From the NCBI GenBank assembly GCA_035460985.1, contig DATHWC010000062.1, positions 6,792-70,791 of the forward strand: a DNA stretch of 64,000 nucleotides. The letters run 5' to 3'. Numbering within the stretch: the first letter of the stretch is position 1; the number at the start of each line of letters is the position of its first letter. This document shows positions 53,683 to 63,087 of the stretch, in pieces. Origin of the DNA: Lunatimonas sp. GTDB taxonomy: Bacteria > Bacteroidota > Bacteroidia > Cytophagales > Cyclobacteriaceae. The notes beneath the pieces are model-generated. The model was not told the origin of the DNA, ran no database searches, and worked only from the letters and a program-made list of their open reading frames with translations. The translations under genes were made by a program, and so were the position numbers.

Positions 53683-55548
53683 ATGAAACACATGAAAAAA
53701 AGAATAAACTATATATGGGTAGGGTTGTTTGGCGTACTGCTGACGACTTCATGCAACGACGAGTTTCTAAATACCCAACCACTAGGTCAAGTTTCCGAAG
53801 CCGCAGTTTGGCGAGATGCTGGATTGGCCGAGGCTTTCGTGACAGACATTTATGGAGGCCTCGAACAAGGTGGATTCGCAGAGCAGGCATTAGCCTCACT
53901 GACAGACGAAGCCATCTTCACCCATCCAGGCCGAAATATAAACGTGGTGACAGAAGCGCGATCTAACCCGGAGGCCACCGGATGGATTGACGGAACAAGA
54001 GGTTGGTCAAATATGTATAGCCGACTACGAAGTGCAAACATAGCGATTGAGAACCTGAGTGATCCCCAATTTGAAAATACCGGGGGTATTGTAGATCGCT
54101 TACTGGGTGAGGCTACCTTTATGCGGGCCTATTTTCATCAGCAATTGTTGAGAAACTTCGGGGGCATTCCTATAGCTGACAGACCGTTTACGTTAGACGA
54201 AGAAACCTATGAAATCCCAAGAAATACCTATGAAGAGGTAGTGGCGTTTATCCTTCAAGACCTGGATAGAGCGGCACAACTGTTGGAGGGGAAAAGTATG
54301 GTTCGTGGCCGTGCAAATCAAGTAGCTGCCTTGGCATTAAAATCAAGAGTACTGATTTATGCGGCTAGCGATTTACACGACATGCCCACAGCTTCTGGCA
54401 AGTCAAGTGTTATTTCTTCCTATCAGAATAAGGAATTGATAGGATACACTACAGGAAGCAGGACTGAAAGACTTCAGCAGGCAAAAGCAGCTGCAAAGGC
54501 AGTACTCGATATTGCTGATGGAAACATGCTAAACCTTACTGAACCACTTCCACATGCAGAAGCCGTTCAAGTGTACGAAAACAATTCGTTATCAAGAAAC
54601 GGTGGTGAAGCTGAAATGATTTTTGGAAGGTATTTTCTTTCGCAGAAACCAGAAGCTGGAGGTCGGCAAGGCTTGTTCAATGGACCAAACGGGTATAATA
54701 ACTGGGCAGGGAATACTCCTGTTCAATTGATAATTGACGATTATGCCATGATGGATGGAACCCCTTTTGACTGGAATAATCCGGAACATGAGAAAGCTCC
54801 CTATACCGATAGGGAAGCACGATTCTATTCTACATTCCTTTTTGACGGAGCACAGTGGAAACCGCGTTCTCCAGCCAACCAAGCAAGAGATCCATTGGGT
54901 CAAATCCAAACAGGACGGTATGAAGTGACCAATTCCGCAGGGCAAAAGGTAACCCATTTTGGATTGGATACCCGAAACAGTCCCATTGAAGACTGGAACG
55001 GAAGCTATACTGGCTATTACATCCGCAAGTTTATAGAACCAGATCCAAACTTTGTTGATCAGAATACCTGGCAGGAAATCCCATGGCCAAACATCCGGTT
55101 TACGGAAGTGGTGTTTAACTATGCGGAAGCTTGTATATTCCTTGGAGAAGATGAAGAGGCTAGAACATGGCTCAACAAAATTCGATTCAGAGCAGGGCTT
55201 CCAGCATTGACACAATCTGGTGAAGATCTCAAAATGGCGTTTATCAATGAAAAACGTAAGGAAATGGTTCACGAAGAGCAACGTTACTATGATGCCAGAA
55301 GGTGGATGATTGCTCCACAGACTTTTGGTAGGCAAGCAAACGGAATCAGCATTGTCGGAACCCTAAAGCCGGGACAGACAAATTCCTTATACAGGTATGA
55401 TCCGGATATTTATGATTACTCCTACGAGGTATTCGACATTGACCCAGGTAAAGAAAACAGGCTTTGGCTGGACAAAATGTACTGGATGCCTATCAGCTTT
55501 GCTGAAACACAACGAAATGATAACCTGATACAGAATCCAGGGTATTAA
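53683..55548 (+). CDS. SusD/RagB-family surface lipoprotein
   Basis: Lipobox TTSC-NDEFL; EATFMRAYFHQQLLRNFGGIP, RFTEVVFNYAEA and QNPGY motifs. Start corrected from 53638 to 53683 (or 53692). Confidence 0.96.
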   Translation: MKHMKKRINYIWVGLFGVLLTTSCNDEFLNTQPLGQVSEAAVWRDAGLAEAFVTDIYGGLEQGGFAEQALASLTDEAIFTHPGRNINVVTEARSNPEATGWIDGTRGWSNMYSRLRSANIAIENLSDPQFENTGGIVDRLLGEATFMRAYFHQQLLRNFGGIPIADRPFTLDEETYEIPRNTYEEVVAFILQDLDRAAQLLEGKSMVRGRANQVAALALKSRVLIYAASDLHDMPTASGKSSVISSYQNKELIGYTTGSRTERLQQAKAAAKAVLDIADGNMLNLTEPLPHAEAVQVYENNSLSRNGGEAEMIFGRYFLSQKPEAGGRQGLFNGPNGYNNWAGNTPVQLIIDDYAMMDGTPFDWNNPEHEKAPYTDREARFYSTFLFDGAQWKPRSPANQARDPLGQIQTGRYEVTNSAGQKVTHFGLDTRNSPIEDWNGSYTGYYIRKFIEPDPNFVDQNTWQEIPWPNIRFTEVVFNYAEACIFLGEDEEARTWLNKIRFRAGLPALTQSGEDLKMAFINEKRKEMVHEEQRYYDARRWMIAPQTFGRQANGISIVGTLKPGQTNSLYRYDPDIYDYSYEVFDIDPGKENRLWLDKMYWMPISFAETQRNDNLIQNPGY

Positions 55549-55572
55549 TTTCTAAAGGCTTTAATTACTGAG

Positions 55573-55603
55573 AAAAGGGTTGCCAAGTATGGCAACCCTT
55601 TTT
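55573..55603 (+). terminator. Intrinsic terminator after susD
   Basis: AAAAGGGTTGCCA-AGTA-TGGCAACCCTTTT followed by a long T-tract. Confidence 0.9.
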
Positions 55604-55761
55604 TGTTTTTGCTTATTATGAACGTATATTACTAATCAGGCTGATGTATTTTCCCCACTCAAGGTTCATCCTGTATGTTATCTCTATTTTCCTGGTATCT
55701 GTCAGAAATGTAAAATCAATAGCAATCAGGCGAATAGGTCATAACCTATTCGATAAATTTA

Positions 55762-55769
55762 TATATTTG
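55762..55769 (+). promoter_or_regulatory. Sigma-A -7 element for the FG-GAP/haloperoxidase genes
   Basis: TATATTTG, 21 bp upstream of the ATG at 55791; no -33 TTTG. Confidence 0.5.
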
Positions 55770-55790
55770 AACCCGTAATATTTATTTTCT

Positions 55791-58700
55791 ATGCCATTGT
55801 CTCTTAAAGCTTCCTTCGTCTTTCTCTTGGTGGGTATCCTAATACTGCCCAATTGTGGTCCAAAGGAAACCTCCAAATCTCCCCTACCTCAAGATCCGCC
55901 GCTTTTTACCCTTCTTTCTGGGAATGAAACTGGGATAACGTTTGAGAACACGCTTACAGAGGGATTAAACACCAATATTCTGATGTATGAGTATTTTTAC
56001 AACGGGGGAGGCGTAGCCGTAGGAGACCTGAATGGGGATGGTCTGGATGACATTTATTTTACTGGCAATATGGTTGACAATGCCCTTTACCTAAATAAAG
56101 GCAACATGCAATTCGAAGACATTACCCAGCAGGCGGGAGTCGCTGGCCGTCAAGGGCCATGGACCACCGGTGTCACCATGGCCGACGTTAATGGGGATGG
56201 ATTGTTGGATATCTATGTGTGCAACTCAGGTAGCTTACCCCCGGATAAAAGGAAAAATCAACTGTTCATTAATCAAGGAGTTAATGCCCAAGGCATTCCC
56301 ACTTTTGTGGAGGAAGCTGAAAAGTACGGGATAGACAGTGATGCCACCAGTACCCATGCGGTATTTTTCGATTTTGACAATGACGGTGACCTGGATCTTT
56401 TTCTGCTTAACCACAACCCCAAATCCCTCCCTGTGCTGGATGAGTCCATTACTGCGGAACTTTTGAAGAAACCGGATACAGCAGGGCCGCAACTGTTTCG
56501 AAATGATGGTGGGATTTTCACCGAAATCACCCCAGAAGCCGGCATACAGCAATCAGCTCTATCCTACGGTTTAGGTGCGGGGGTCGCAGACATAAACGGG
56601 AACGGCTTTATGGATATCTACATCAGCAACGACTATACGGCACCGGATTTTCTATACATCAACAATGGGGATGGAACCTTTACGGACATCATTCAGGAAG
56701 CCATGGGGCATATTTCCAATTTCTCCATGGGCAACGACATAGCTGATATCAATAATGACGGTCTGGTGGACGTATTTACACTGGACATGCTACCAGAAGG
56801 CAATGCTCGCCAAAAACTTTTAATGGCTCCGGATAACTATGAGAAATTTGACTTTAACCTGCGGGTAGGTTTCCATCATCAATACATGCGAAACATGCTC
56901 CATCTTAATCATGGAAACGGAACATTTAGCGAAATCGGTCAGCTGGCAGGGATCTCGAATACTGACTGGAGCTGGGCGGCGCTCTTTGCGGATTTTGACA
57001 ATGACGGCTGGAAAGACCTATACATAACCAACGGATATCACCGGGACTATACCAACATGGATTTTTTGAAATACATGTCTGATTTCCTCAAAAACAACCA
57101 AGGCCTTCGAAGGGAAAACGTACTCGATCTGGTATACCAGATGCCTTCATCGAATGTAGTCAACTACGCCTTCCAAAACACCGGCGGCATTACCTTTGAC
57201 GACCGCACAAAATCCTGGGGCCTTCATCATGTAGCCAATAGCAACGGGGCAGCTTATTCGGACCTGGACAACGATGGTGACCTGGACTTAATAGTCAACA
57301 ACGTCAGTCACCCAGCATTCATCTATCGAAATGATGCCAACGTAATTAATCCCAACAATTTTCTAAAAATCCAGCTTGCAGGCAGTAGGCAAAATACGCA
57401 TGGGTTAGGAGCAAAAATTACAGCTCACCAAGGGGAAGGAATGCAGTTTCTAGAACAAATGCCAAGTCGGGGATATCAATCCAGTGTATCTCCCACCCTA
57501 CATTTGGGAATGGGAAAAGCCTCAAAAGTAGATTCACTTTTCGTTGAATGGCTTGGGGGTAAAACCCAAGTATTATACGATGTGCCAGCTAACCAAACCC
57601 TAAATTTGTCGGAGTCAAATGCCTCCCAAGACCGACTTACCAGAAATGCCATTATTCCTCTATTCAAACCAGTAAGCACTCCAATACAAAACGCCCAGCC
57701 ACCCAATACCTTTAATGATTTCAAACGACAACCCCTAATGGTCAACCCCCTCTCCTTCTCGGGCCCTGCCATGGCCAAAGGAGACGTAAATGGCGATGGT
57801 TTATTCGATGTTTATGTTGGTGGGGATGCGGGGAATCCGGGGAAATTATATGTACAGCATGCCGGAGGTTCTTTTCGGGAAGCAACCGTTTCCGCATTTG
57901 TCACGGATCAGGAATCGGCGGATACAAAAGCCGTTTTTGTGGACTTGAATGGGGATGGGAATCTGGACCTATATGTTGGTAGCGGGGGTTATGGAGATTT
58001 TCTTCCGGCGGATGAACGACTTCAGGACAGAGTGTACATGAACGACGGGACGGGTAATTTCAGCAAATCCCAAAATGCATTACCTACAATGCTTACCAGC
58101 ACTGGAGCTGTAGCCTTTGCGGATTTTACGGGAGACGGTGCTCCCGATATTTTTGTCGGAAGCCGGGTGATACCTGGAAGGTATCCAGAAGTCCCGCCCA
58201 GCTATATGCTGGTGAACGATGGTCAGGGAAATTTCTCAAACGAAACACAAAAATGGGCTCCAGCCTTTAACTCCCTAGGTTTGGTGACTGATGCAGAGTG
58301 GGTGGACCTTAATGGAAATGACATACCGGAATTAATTGTGGTGGGAGAATGGATGCCGATTTCCGTTTGGGGAAAAACTAACAACTCATTTACGAATGTC
58401 ACCGAAAATTATTTCGAAACAGAATATAGCGGCTGGTGGAATAGCCTTACAGTGGCAGACATCAACGGAGATGGAAAGGCAGACTTGATCGTGGGAAATC
58501 ACGGAAGAAACACTCAAGTCAAAGCTAGTCAGGATGAGCCTGCGGAAATGTATTTCAAAGATTTTGACAATAATGGGGCTGTGGATCCCATCCTCTGCTT
58601 TTACATTCAAGGGAAGAGCTATCCATATGTTACTAGGGATGAGCTTTTAGACCAAATCTCGTTCATGCGAACCCGGTTCAGGAATTATTCCGACTATGCG

Positions 58701-59129
58701 AACCTGTCCATTTCTGAAATATTTACTCCCCAAGAAATGAAAGATGCAGGTTACCTAAAGGCTAACATGTTGGAAACTGCTTACTTCGAATCCCAGGCAA
58801 GTGGGTTATTTCAGCTAAAACCATTGCCCATCGAAGCACAATCATCGCCGGTGTTTTCCGTTTTGGTGATCGATGCCGATGGAGACGGACATCTGGACCT
58901 TCTTCTGGGAGGAAATATTCAGCGGGCAAGGTTACGTTTTGGTAAATATGATGCTAACTTTGGCATATTATTAAAAGGTGATGGTAAAGGCGGATTCACC
59001 TATGTCCCACAACGGAAATCCGGATTTAATATTCAAGGCGATATCCGCAGCATGCTATCCTTTGAGGATACAATCCTTTTCGGAATCAATCAGGTAGGTG
59101 TTGTTGCCTTTGAGAAAAATCAAAAATAG
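55791..59129 (+). CDS. FG-GAP/VCBS-repeat, ASPIC/UnbV-domain (CRTAC1-like) lipoprotein
   Basis: Probable lipobox (LPNC); 14 DxNGDG/DxDNDG-type repeats in two groups of 7, flanking an FLKIQLAG...GLGAKI...LHLGMG...VEW ASPIC/UnbV segment. Confidence 0.9.
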   Translation: MPLSLKASFVFLLVGILILPNCGPKETSKSPLPQDPPLFTLLSGNETGITFENTLTEGLNTNILMYEYFYNGGGVAVGDLNGDGLDDIYFTGNMVDNALYLNKGNMQFEDITQQAGVAGRQGPWTTGVTMADVNGDGLLDIYVCNSGSLPPDKRKNQLFINQGVNAQGIPTFVEEAEKYGIDSDATSTHAVFFDFDNDGDLDLFLLNHNPKSLPVLDESITAELLKKPDTAGPQLFRNDGGIFTEITPEAGIQQSALSYGLGAGVADINGNGFMDIYISNDYTAPDFLYINNGDGTFTDIIQEAMGHISNFSMGNDIADINNDGLVDVFTLDMLPEGNARQKLLMAPDNYEKFDFNLRVGFHHQYMRNMLHLNHGNGTFSEIGQLAGISNTDWSWAALFADFDNDGWKDLYITNGYHRDYTNMDFLKYMSDFLKNNQGLRRENVLDLVYQMPSSNVVNYAFQNTGGITFDDRTKSWGLHHVANSNGAAYSDLDNDGDLDLIVNNVSHPAFIYRNDANVINPNNFLKIQLAGSRQNTHGLGAKITAHQGEGMQFLEQMPSRGYQSSVSPTLHLGMGKASKVDSLFVEWLGGKTQVLYDVPANQTLNLSESNASQDRLTRNAIIPLFKPVSTPIQNAQPPNTFNDFKRQPLMVNPLSFSGPAMAKGDVNGDGLFDVYVGGDAGNPGKLYVQHAGGSFREATVSAFVTDQESADTKAVFVDLNGDGNLDLYVGSGGYGDFLPADERLQDRVYMNDGTGNFSKSQNALPTMLTSTGAVAFADFTGDGAPDIFVGSRVIPGRYPEVPPSYMLVNDGQGNFSNETQKWAPAFNSLGLVTDAEWVDLNGNDIPELIVVGEWMPISVWGKTNNSFTNVTENYFETEYSGWWNSLTVADINGDGKADLIVGNHGRNTQVKASQDEPAEMYFKDFDNNGAVDPILCFYIQGKSYPYVTRDELLDQISFMRTRFRNYSDYANLSISEIFTPQEMKDAGYLKANMLETAYFESQASGLFQLKPLPIEAQSSPVFSVLVIDADGDGHLDLLLGGNIQRARLRFGKYDANFGILLKGDGKGGFTYVPQRKSGFNIQGDIRSMLSFEDTILFGINQVGVVAFEKNQK

Positions 59130-60539
59130 ATGACAGTCAGCTCTATAAGAAACATTCTATTTTCAGACATAAGAACCTCTTCAACATTTAAACTAGCAAC
59201 GTTTGTTGTCTGTTTGATGGTTGCGTCTTCCTGTCAAACAGCAGGTTCGGACAAAGCTAAGGTATTGGGGCCGGAATTAATTGGATGGGTCACTGAATCG
59301 ATGACAGATATCATGGTGCATGACATTACCAATCCTCCGCTGGCCGCTAGGTTCTATGCCTATGCCACTCTGGCGGGATACGAGACCCTCAGCCAAGAAA
59401 ATCCAGAGATACTTAGTTTCCACGGCGTCCTAAATGATTATCCTGAAATAAAAGTCTCAGGAGATTTTCCCTACCACAACCCCCATGTAAGTGCGGTGCT
59501 TGCAATGATTGAGACCGCCGCATCCATGCAGCCCTCCGGTCAGGATTTGCATCAATTAAAAGATTCCTTTTTGGATTCCTGCCGACAATGGGGTTTTTCC
59601 GAGCGAACGATTGAGGATGCAATGGGGTATGGAAAAGAGGTAAGCTCAGGGATACTCGCGTATGCACAGCAAGACCTTTATAAGAATATCAGCAATTACC
59701 CCAGATACACACCTAAGCAGGAGGACGGATATTGGTACCCTACTCCACCCGCATATTTTGCTCCGGTAGAACCGTATTTTAATTCGATACGTCCATTTAC
59801 ACTTGTACAGCCAGATCAGTTCAAGCCAAAGCCTCCGGTAACATTTTCGACTTCCTCGGATTCAGAGTTTTATAAACTCATGCAAGAGGTGTATGAAGTT
59901 GAGTTGACAAAAGAACAGCGGGAAATTGCCGCTTTCTGGGACTGTAATCCGTTTGCATTGGAGGAGACCGGTCATCTGATGGTTGGGTTAAAACAGATTT
60001 CGCCTGGCGGGCATTGGATGGGGATTACCAATATTGCCTGCACAGATGCAAATCTTAGTTTTGAACAGTCAATGGAAATTACAGCCGCTGTGGCGATTGG
60101 ACTTACTGACGGCTTTCTAAGTTGCTGGGATGAAAAATACCGCAGCAACCGGATTCGACCTGAAACAGCCATCCGCAAATACATCGACACATCCTATAGG
60201 CCTTTATTACAAACGCCACCTTTTCCGGAGTATTTAAGTGGCCACTCTACCATTTCTACCACGGCCGCTACGATATTGACCCATTACTTTGGCGACAACT
60301 TCTCTTATACAGATACCGTAGAAGAAAAATATCAGCTTCCAAGCAGGGATTTTACCTCCTTTCTTCAAGCTTCTGAAGAAGCCAGTATTTCCCGCTTGTA
60401 TGGCGGCATTCATTTCATGGATGCCATTGTAGAAGGTCAGAAACAGGGAAAACTCGTTGGAAATTGGGTTATCCAAACGTTGGAAAGCTCAGGACTGGCC
60501 AGTCCGCTGTCCTTATCATCCCTGTCGATCAACGAATAG
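59130..60539 (+). CDS. Vanadium-dependent haloperoxidase family (PAP2 superfamily) lipoprotein, copy 1
   Basis: KYRSNRIRP (K-x6-RP), PPFPEYLSGHS and SRLYGGIHF vanadate-site motifs; lipobox ASSC. Confidence 0.88.
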   Translation: MTVSSIRNILFSDIRTSSTFKLATFVVCLMVASSCQTAGSDKAKVLGPELIGWVTESMTDIMVHDITNPPLAARFYAYATLAGYETLSQENPEILSFHGVLNDYPEIKVSGDFPYHNPHVSAVLAMIETAASMQPSGQDLHQLKDSFLDSCRQWGFSERTIEDAMGYGKEVSSGILAYAQQDLYKNISNYPRYTPKQEDGYWYPTPPAYFAPVEPYFNSIRPFTLVQPDQFKPKPPVTFSTSSDSEFYKLMQEVYEVELTKEQREIAAFWDCNPFALEETGHLMVGLKQISPGGHWMGITNIACTDANLSFEQSMEITAAVAIGLTDGFLSCWDEKYRSNRIRPETAIRKYIDTSYRPLLQTPPFPEYLSGHSTISTTAATILTHYFGDNFSYTDTVEEKYQLPSRDFTSFLQASEEASISRLYGGIHFMDAIVEGQKQGKLVGNWVIQTLESSGLASPLSLSSLSINE

Positions 60540-60570
60540 GATGCCACTCATCACCTGGAAGTAACTTATA

Positions 60571-61917
60571 ATGAATAGAATATCTTTAACCTTACTATTT
60601 CTTGTCAGTTGGTTGGGGGCCTGTTCCCCCGAGGAGAATTATCAGGGTTTTTTAGAATCCAGCGAGCCACTTGTGCAGGCCAACGATCAACTGACGGATG
60701 CAATGGTTCACGATATTTTTTCACCACCAGTTGCCAGTAGAATTTATGCCTATACTTCCTTGGCTCCTTTTGAGGTTGCCGCATTTGCAGACAGTGTTAA
60801 CATCCAATCCCTGATGGGGCAGCTGAATGGCTTTGAACAAAAAGATTTCTCCTCTCGGTCAGATGTTTATTTTCCGATGGCAGCAATGGTGGCGTTCTAT
60901 CACGTTTCCGCCAAGATGGTGTTCTCGGAAAATAGGATTACAGCCCACAGAGATGAATTCTATCGAAAGGTGAGAAACTTGGGAATGACGAAAAAAACAT
61001 TGGAGGCCTCTATTGAGTTCGGCGAAACAATGGGGCAGCATGTGCTTGATTATGCGTCAAACGACAACTATCACCAAAGTCGGTCTTTCGAAAAATACAC
61101 CCCACTAAATGACCCAAAATCATGGAAACCAACCCCTCCGGCGTACATGGAGGGGATAGAACCCAATTGGAACAAAATCAGACCTTTTGTACTGGACTCT
61201 GCCACCCAGTTTATCCCCCTACCACCTACTCCCTTTGACATAACACCTGAAAGTGTTTTTTATCAGGAAGCTAAAGCCGTAATGGACGCTGGGAATAATC
61301 TCGATGAAGAGGCGAGAGAGATAGCCTATTTTTGGGACTGCAATCCCTATAAAATGAATGTAAAAGGCCATGTGATGTACGCGGAGAAAAAGATAACTCC
61401 AGGTGGTCATTGGATAGGAATTGCGGGCATTTCATCCAAAACAGCCAACTTGGATTGGAAGGCAACATCCGAAGCGTTGGTAATGACAGCCATTGCGGTG
61501 TTTGACGGGTTTATTTCCTGTTGGGATGAGAAGTATCGGAGCATTCTTATCCGCCCAGAAACTTATATCAATCTTTACATGGACGAGGATTGGGTACCCT
61601 TATTGCAAACACCTCCTTTTCCAGAACACACAAGTGGTCATAGTGTTATTTCCACTGCCGCTTCCAGGATACTAACAGACTTGCTGGGAGAGCCTTTCCA
61701 TTTTGTAGATTCCACGGAAGTCAAGTTTGGATTGGGTATTAGGGAATTTGACTCATTCAATGAAGCTGCCGCTGAGGCAGCCATAAGCCGTTTTTACGGT
61801 GGAATTCATTACATTCCGGCCATTGATTTCGGAATAGAACAGGGGGAAGAGGTGGCACGTCACTTGCTTTCCAGGATTAAAACCAGAAAAACACCCTCAC
61901 CCCTAGCTTTCGATTAA
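60571..61917 (+). CDS. Vanadium-dependent haloperoxidase family lipoprotein, copy 2
   Basis: KYRSILIRP, PPFPEHTSGHS and SRFYGGIHY motifs; lipobox LGAC. Confidence 0.88.
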   Translation: MNRISLTLLFLVSWLGACSPEENYQGFLESSEPLVQANDQLTDAMVHDIFSPPVASRIYAYTSLAPFEVAAFADSVNIQSLMGQLNGFEQKDFSSRSDVYFPMAAMVAFYHVSAKMVFSENRITAHRDEFYRKVRNLGMTKKTLEASIEFGETMGQHVLDYASNDNYHQSRSFEKYTPLNDPKSWKPTPPAYMEGIEPNWNKIRPFVLDSATQFIPLPPTPFDITPESVFYQEAKAVMDAGNNLDEEAREIAYFWDCNPYKMNVKGHVMYAEKKITPGGHWIGIAGISSKTANLDWKATSEALVMTAIAVFDGFISCWDEKYRSILIRPETYINLYMDEDWVPLLQTPPFPEHTSGHSVISTAASRILTDLLGEPFHFVDSTEVKFGLGIREFDSFNEAAAEAAISRFYGGIHYIPAIDFGIEQGEEVARHLLSRIKTRKTPSPLAFD

Positions 61918-61932
61918 ACGGATAATTAATAG

Positions 61933-62499
61933 TTAATAATAGAGTTTTTTGTCCCGAATATAGTCGGATACGTCGGGATGTACCAGATAACGTACTGATC
62001 CACCTTCTTTGATGGTGTCCCGGATAAAGGTAGCCGAAATGTCAATCAAAGGAGAATCGATGAACCTGATGCCCGGATGTTCCAGTATTTTGTTTTTTCC
62101 CGGGCGGGGATATACATATATCTCATAGAACTCCAGTATTTGACCGCTGTTTTTCCACTTGTGAAAATGGTTCAGGTTATCTCCCCCGATAATCAACTTG
62201 AATTCGTGCTGGGGATACTTTTCCGAAAGGTAGGTGAGAGTATCGATAGTATAACTTGGTCTGGGCATATGGAATTCCACATCCAGGGCCTTAAAATGAT
62301 AATTATCCGCAATGGCCAGTTCTACCATTCGCAGCCGGTCAAATTCATGGAGCAGGGATTTGCTGGACTTCATGGGATTTTGAGGGCTGACGATAAACCA
62401 AACTTCATCCAATTTAGTCTTATCCCTCATGATGTCCCCAATGATCAGATGTCCAATGTGTATAGGGTTGAACGATCCAAAAAATAATCCTACTTTCAA
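61933..62499 (-). CDS. nadD: Nicotinate-nucleotide adenylyltransferase
   Basis: [25 protein letters not shown] and ISATFIR motifs. Confidence 0.97.
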   Translation of the reverse strand: MKVGLFFGSFNPIHIGHLIIGDIMRDKTKLDEVWFIVSPQNPMKSSKSLLHEFDRLRMVELAIADNYHFKALDVEFHMPRPSYTIDTLTYLSEKYPQHEFKLIIGGDNLNHFHKWKNSGQILEFYEIYVYPRPGKNKILEHPGIRFIDSPLIDISATFIRDTIKEGGSVRYLVHPDVSDYIRDKKLYY

Positions 62500-63077
62500 G
62501 CTTTGTCCTGATTGATAAAGTCCAAAACAAGATTTTCTGCTTCTCTGAAAGAGGTTTGAAGGTCGTTATTTAACAAAATAACGTCGAATTTGTCCTTAAA
62601 GCCCATTTCAAATTTGGCTTTATAAAGCCTTCGTGAAAGGCTGGCTTCAGACTCAGTACCTCTGTCCCTTAGGCGCATGGCGAGGTCATCCATCGAGGGC
62701 ACTTCCACAAAAACGGCCAGGCCTCTGTCTCCGAAATATTTTTTGAGGTTCAGTCCACCTTTGACATCCACGTCAAATATGACATGCTTTCCATTATCCC
62801 AGATGCGTTGGATTTCTTCTTTGAGGGTACCGTAAAAATTCCCTTCATATACTTCTTCCCATTCAATAAACTGATCTTTGTCAATTTTTTCCTTGAATTC
62901 ATCGGGGGTTAAAAAATAATAGTCTTTTCCATCTTGCTCAGCGCGTCCCCGTCTGTCTCTTGTACAGGCGGAAATTGAAAATCCTAGGTTGGGAAATTTT
63001 TGCAAAAGGTGCTTTACAATAGTTGTCTTACCGGATCCAGATGGTGCTGAAAATATTATCGCCTTTCCTGCGGACAT
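62496..63077 (-). CDS. gmk: Guanylate kinase
   Basis: [18 protein letters not shown] and [15 protein letters not shown] motifs. Confidence 0.97.
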   Translation of the reverse strand: MSAGKAIIFSAPSGSGKTTIVKHLLQKFPNLGFSISACTRDRRGRAEQDGKDYYFLTPDEFKEKIDKDQFIEWEEVYEGNFYGTLKEEIQRIWDNGKHVIFDVDVKGGLNLKKYFGDRGLAVFVEVPSMDDLAMRLRDRGTESEASLSRRLYKAKFEMGFKDKFDVILLNNDLQTSFREAENLVLDFINQDKA

Positions 63078-63087
63078 GTAGCTTTGG

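Noticed and set aside
54592-55335. 247-aa ORF antisense to susD, and the many other overlapping 60-160-aa ORFs (e.g. 36725-37135, 22420-22893, 33693-34187, 26973-27446)
   Set aside because: They lie opposite or out of frame within well-supported genes, show no recognisable motifs, and are expected shadows of codon bias.
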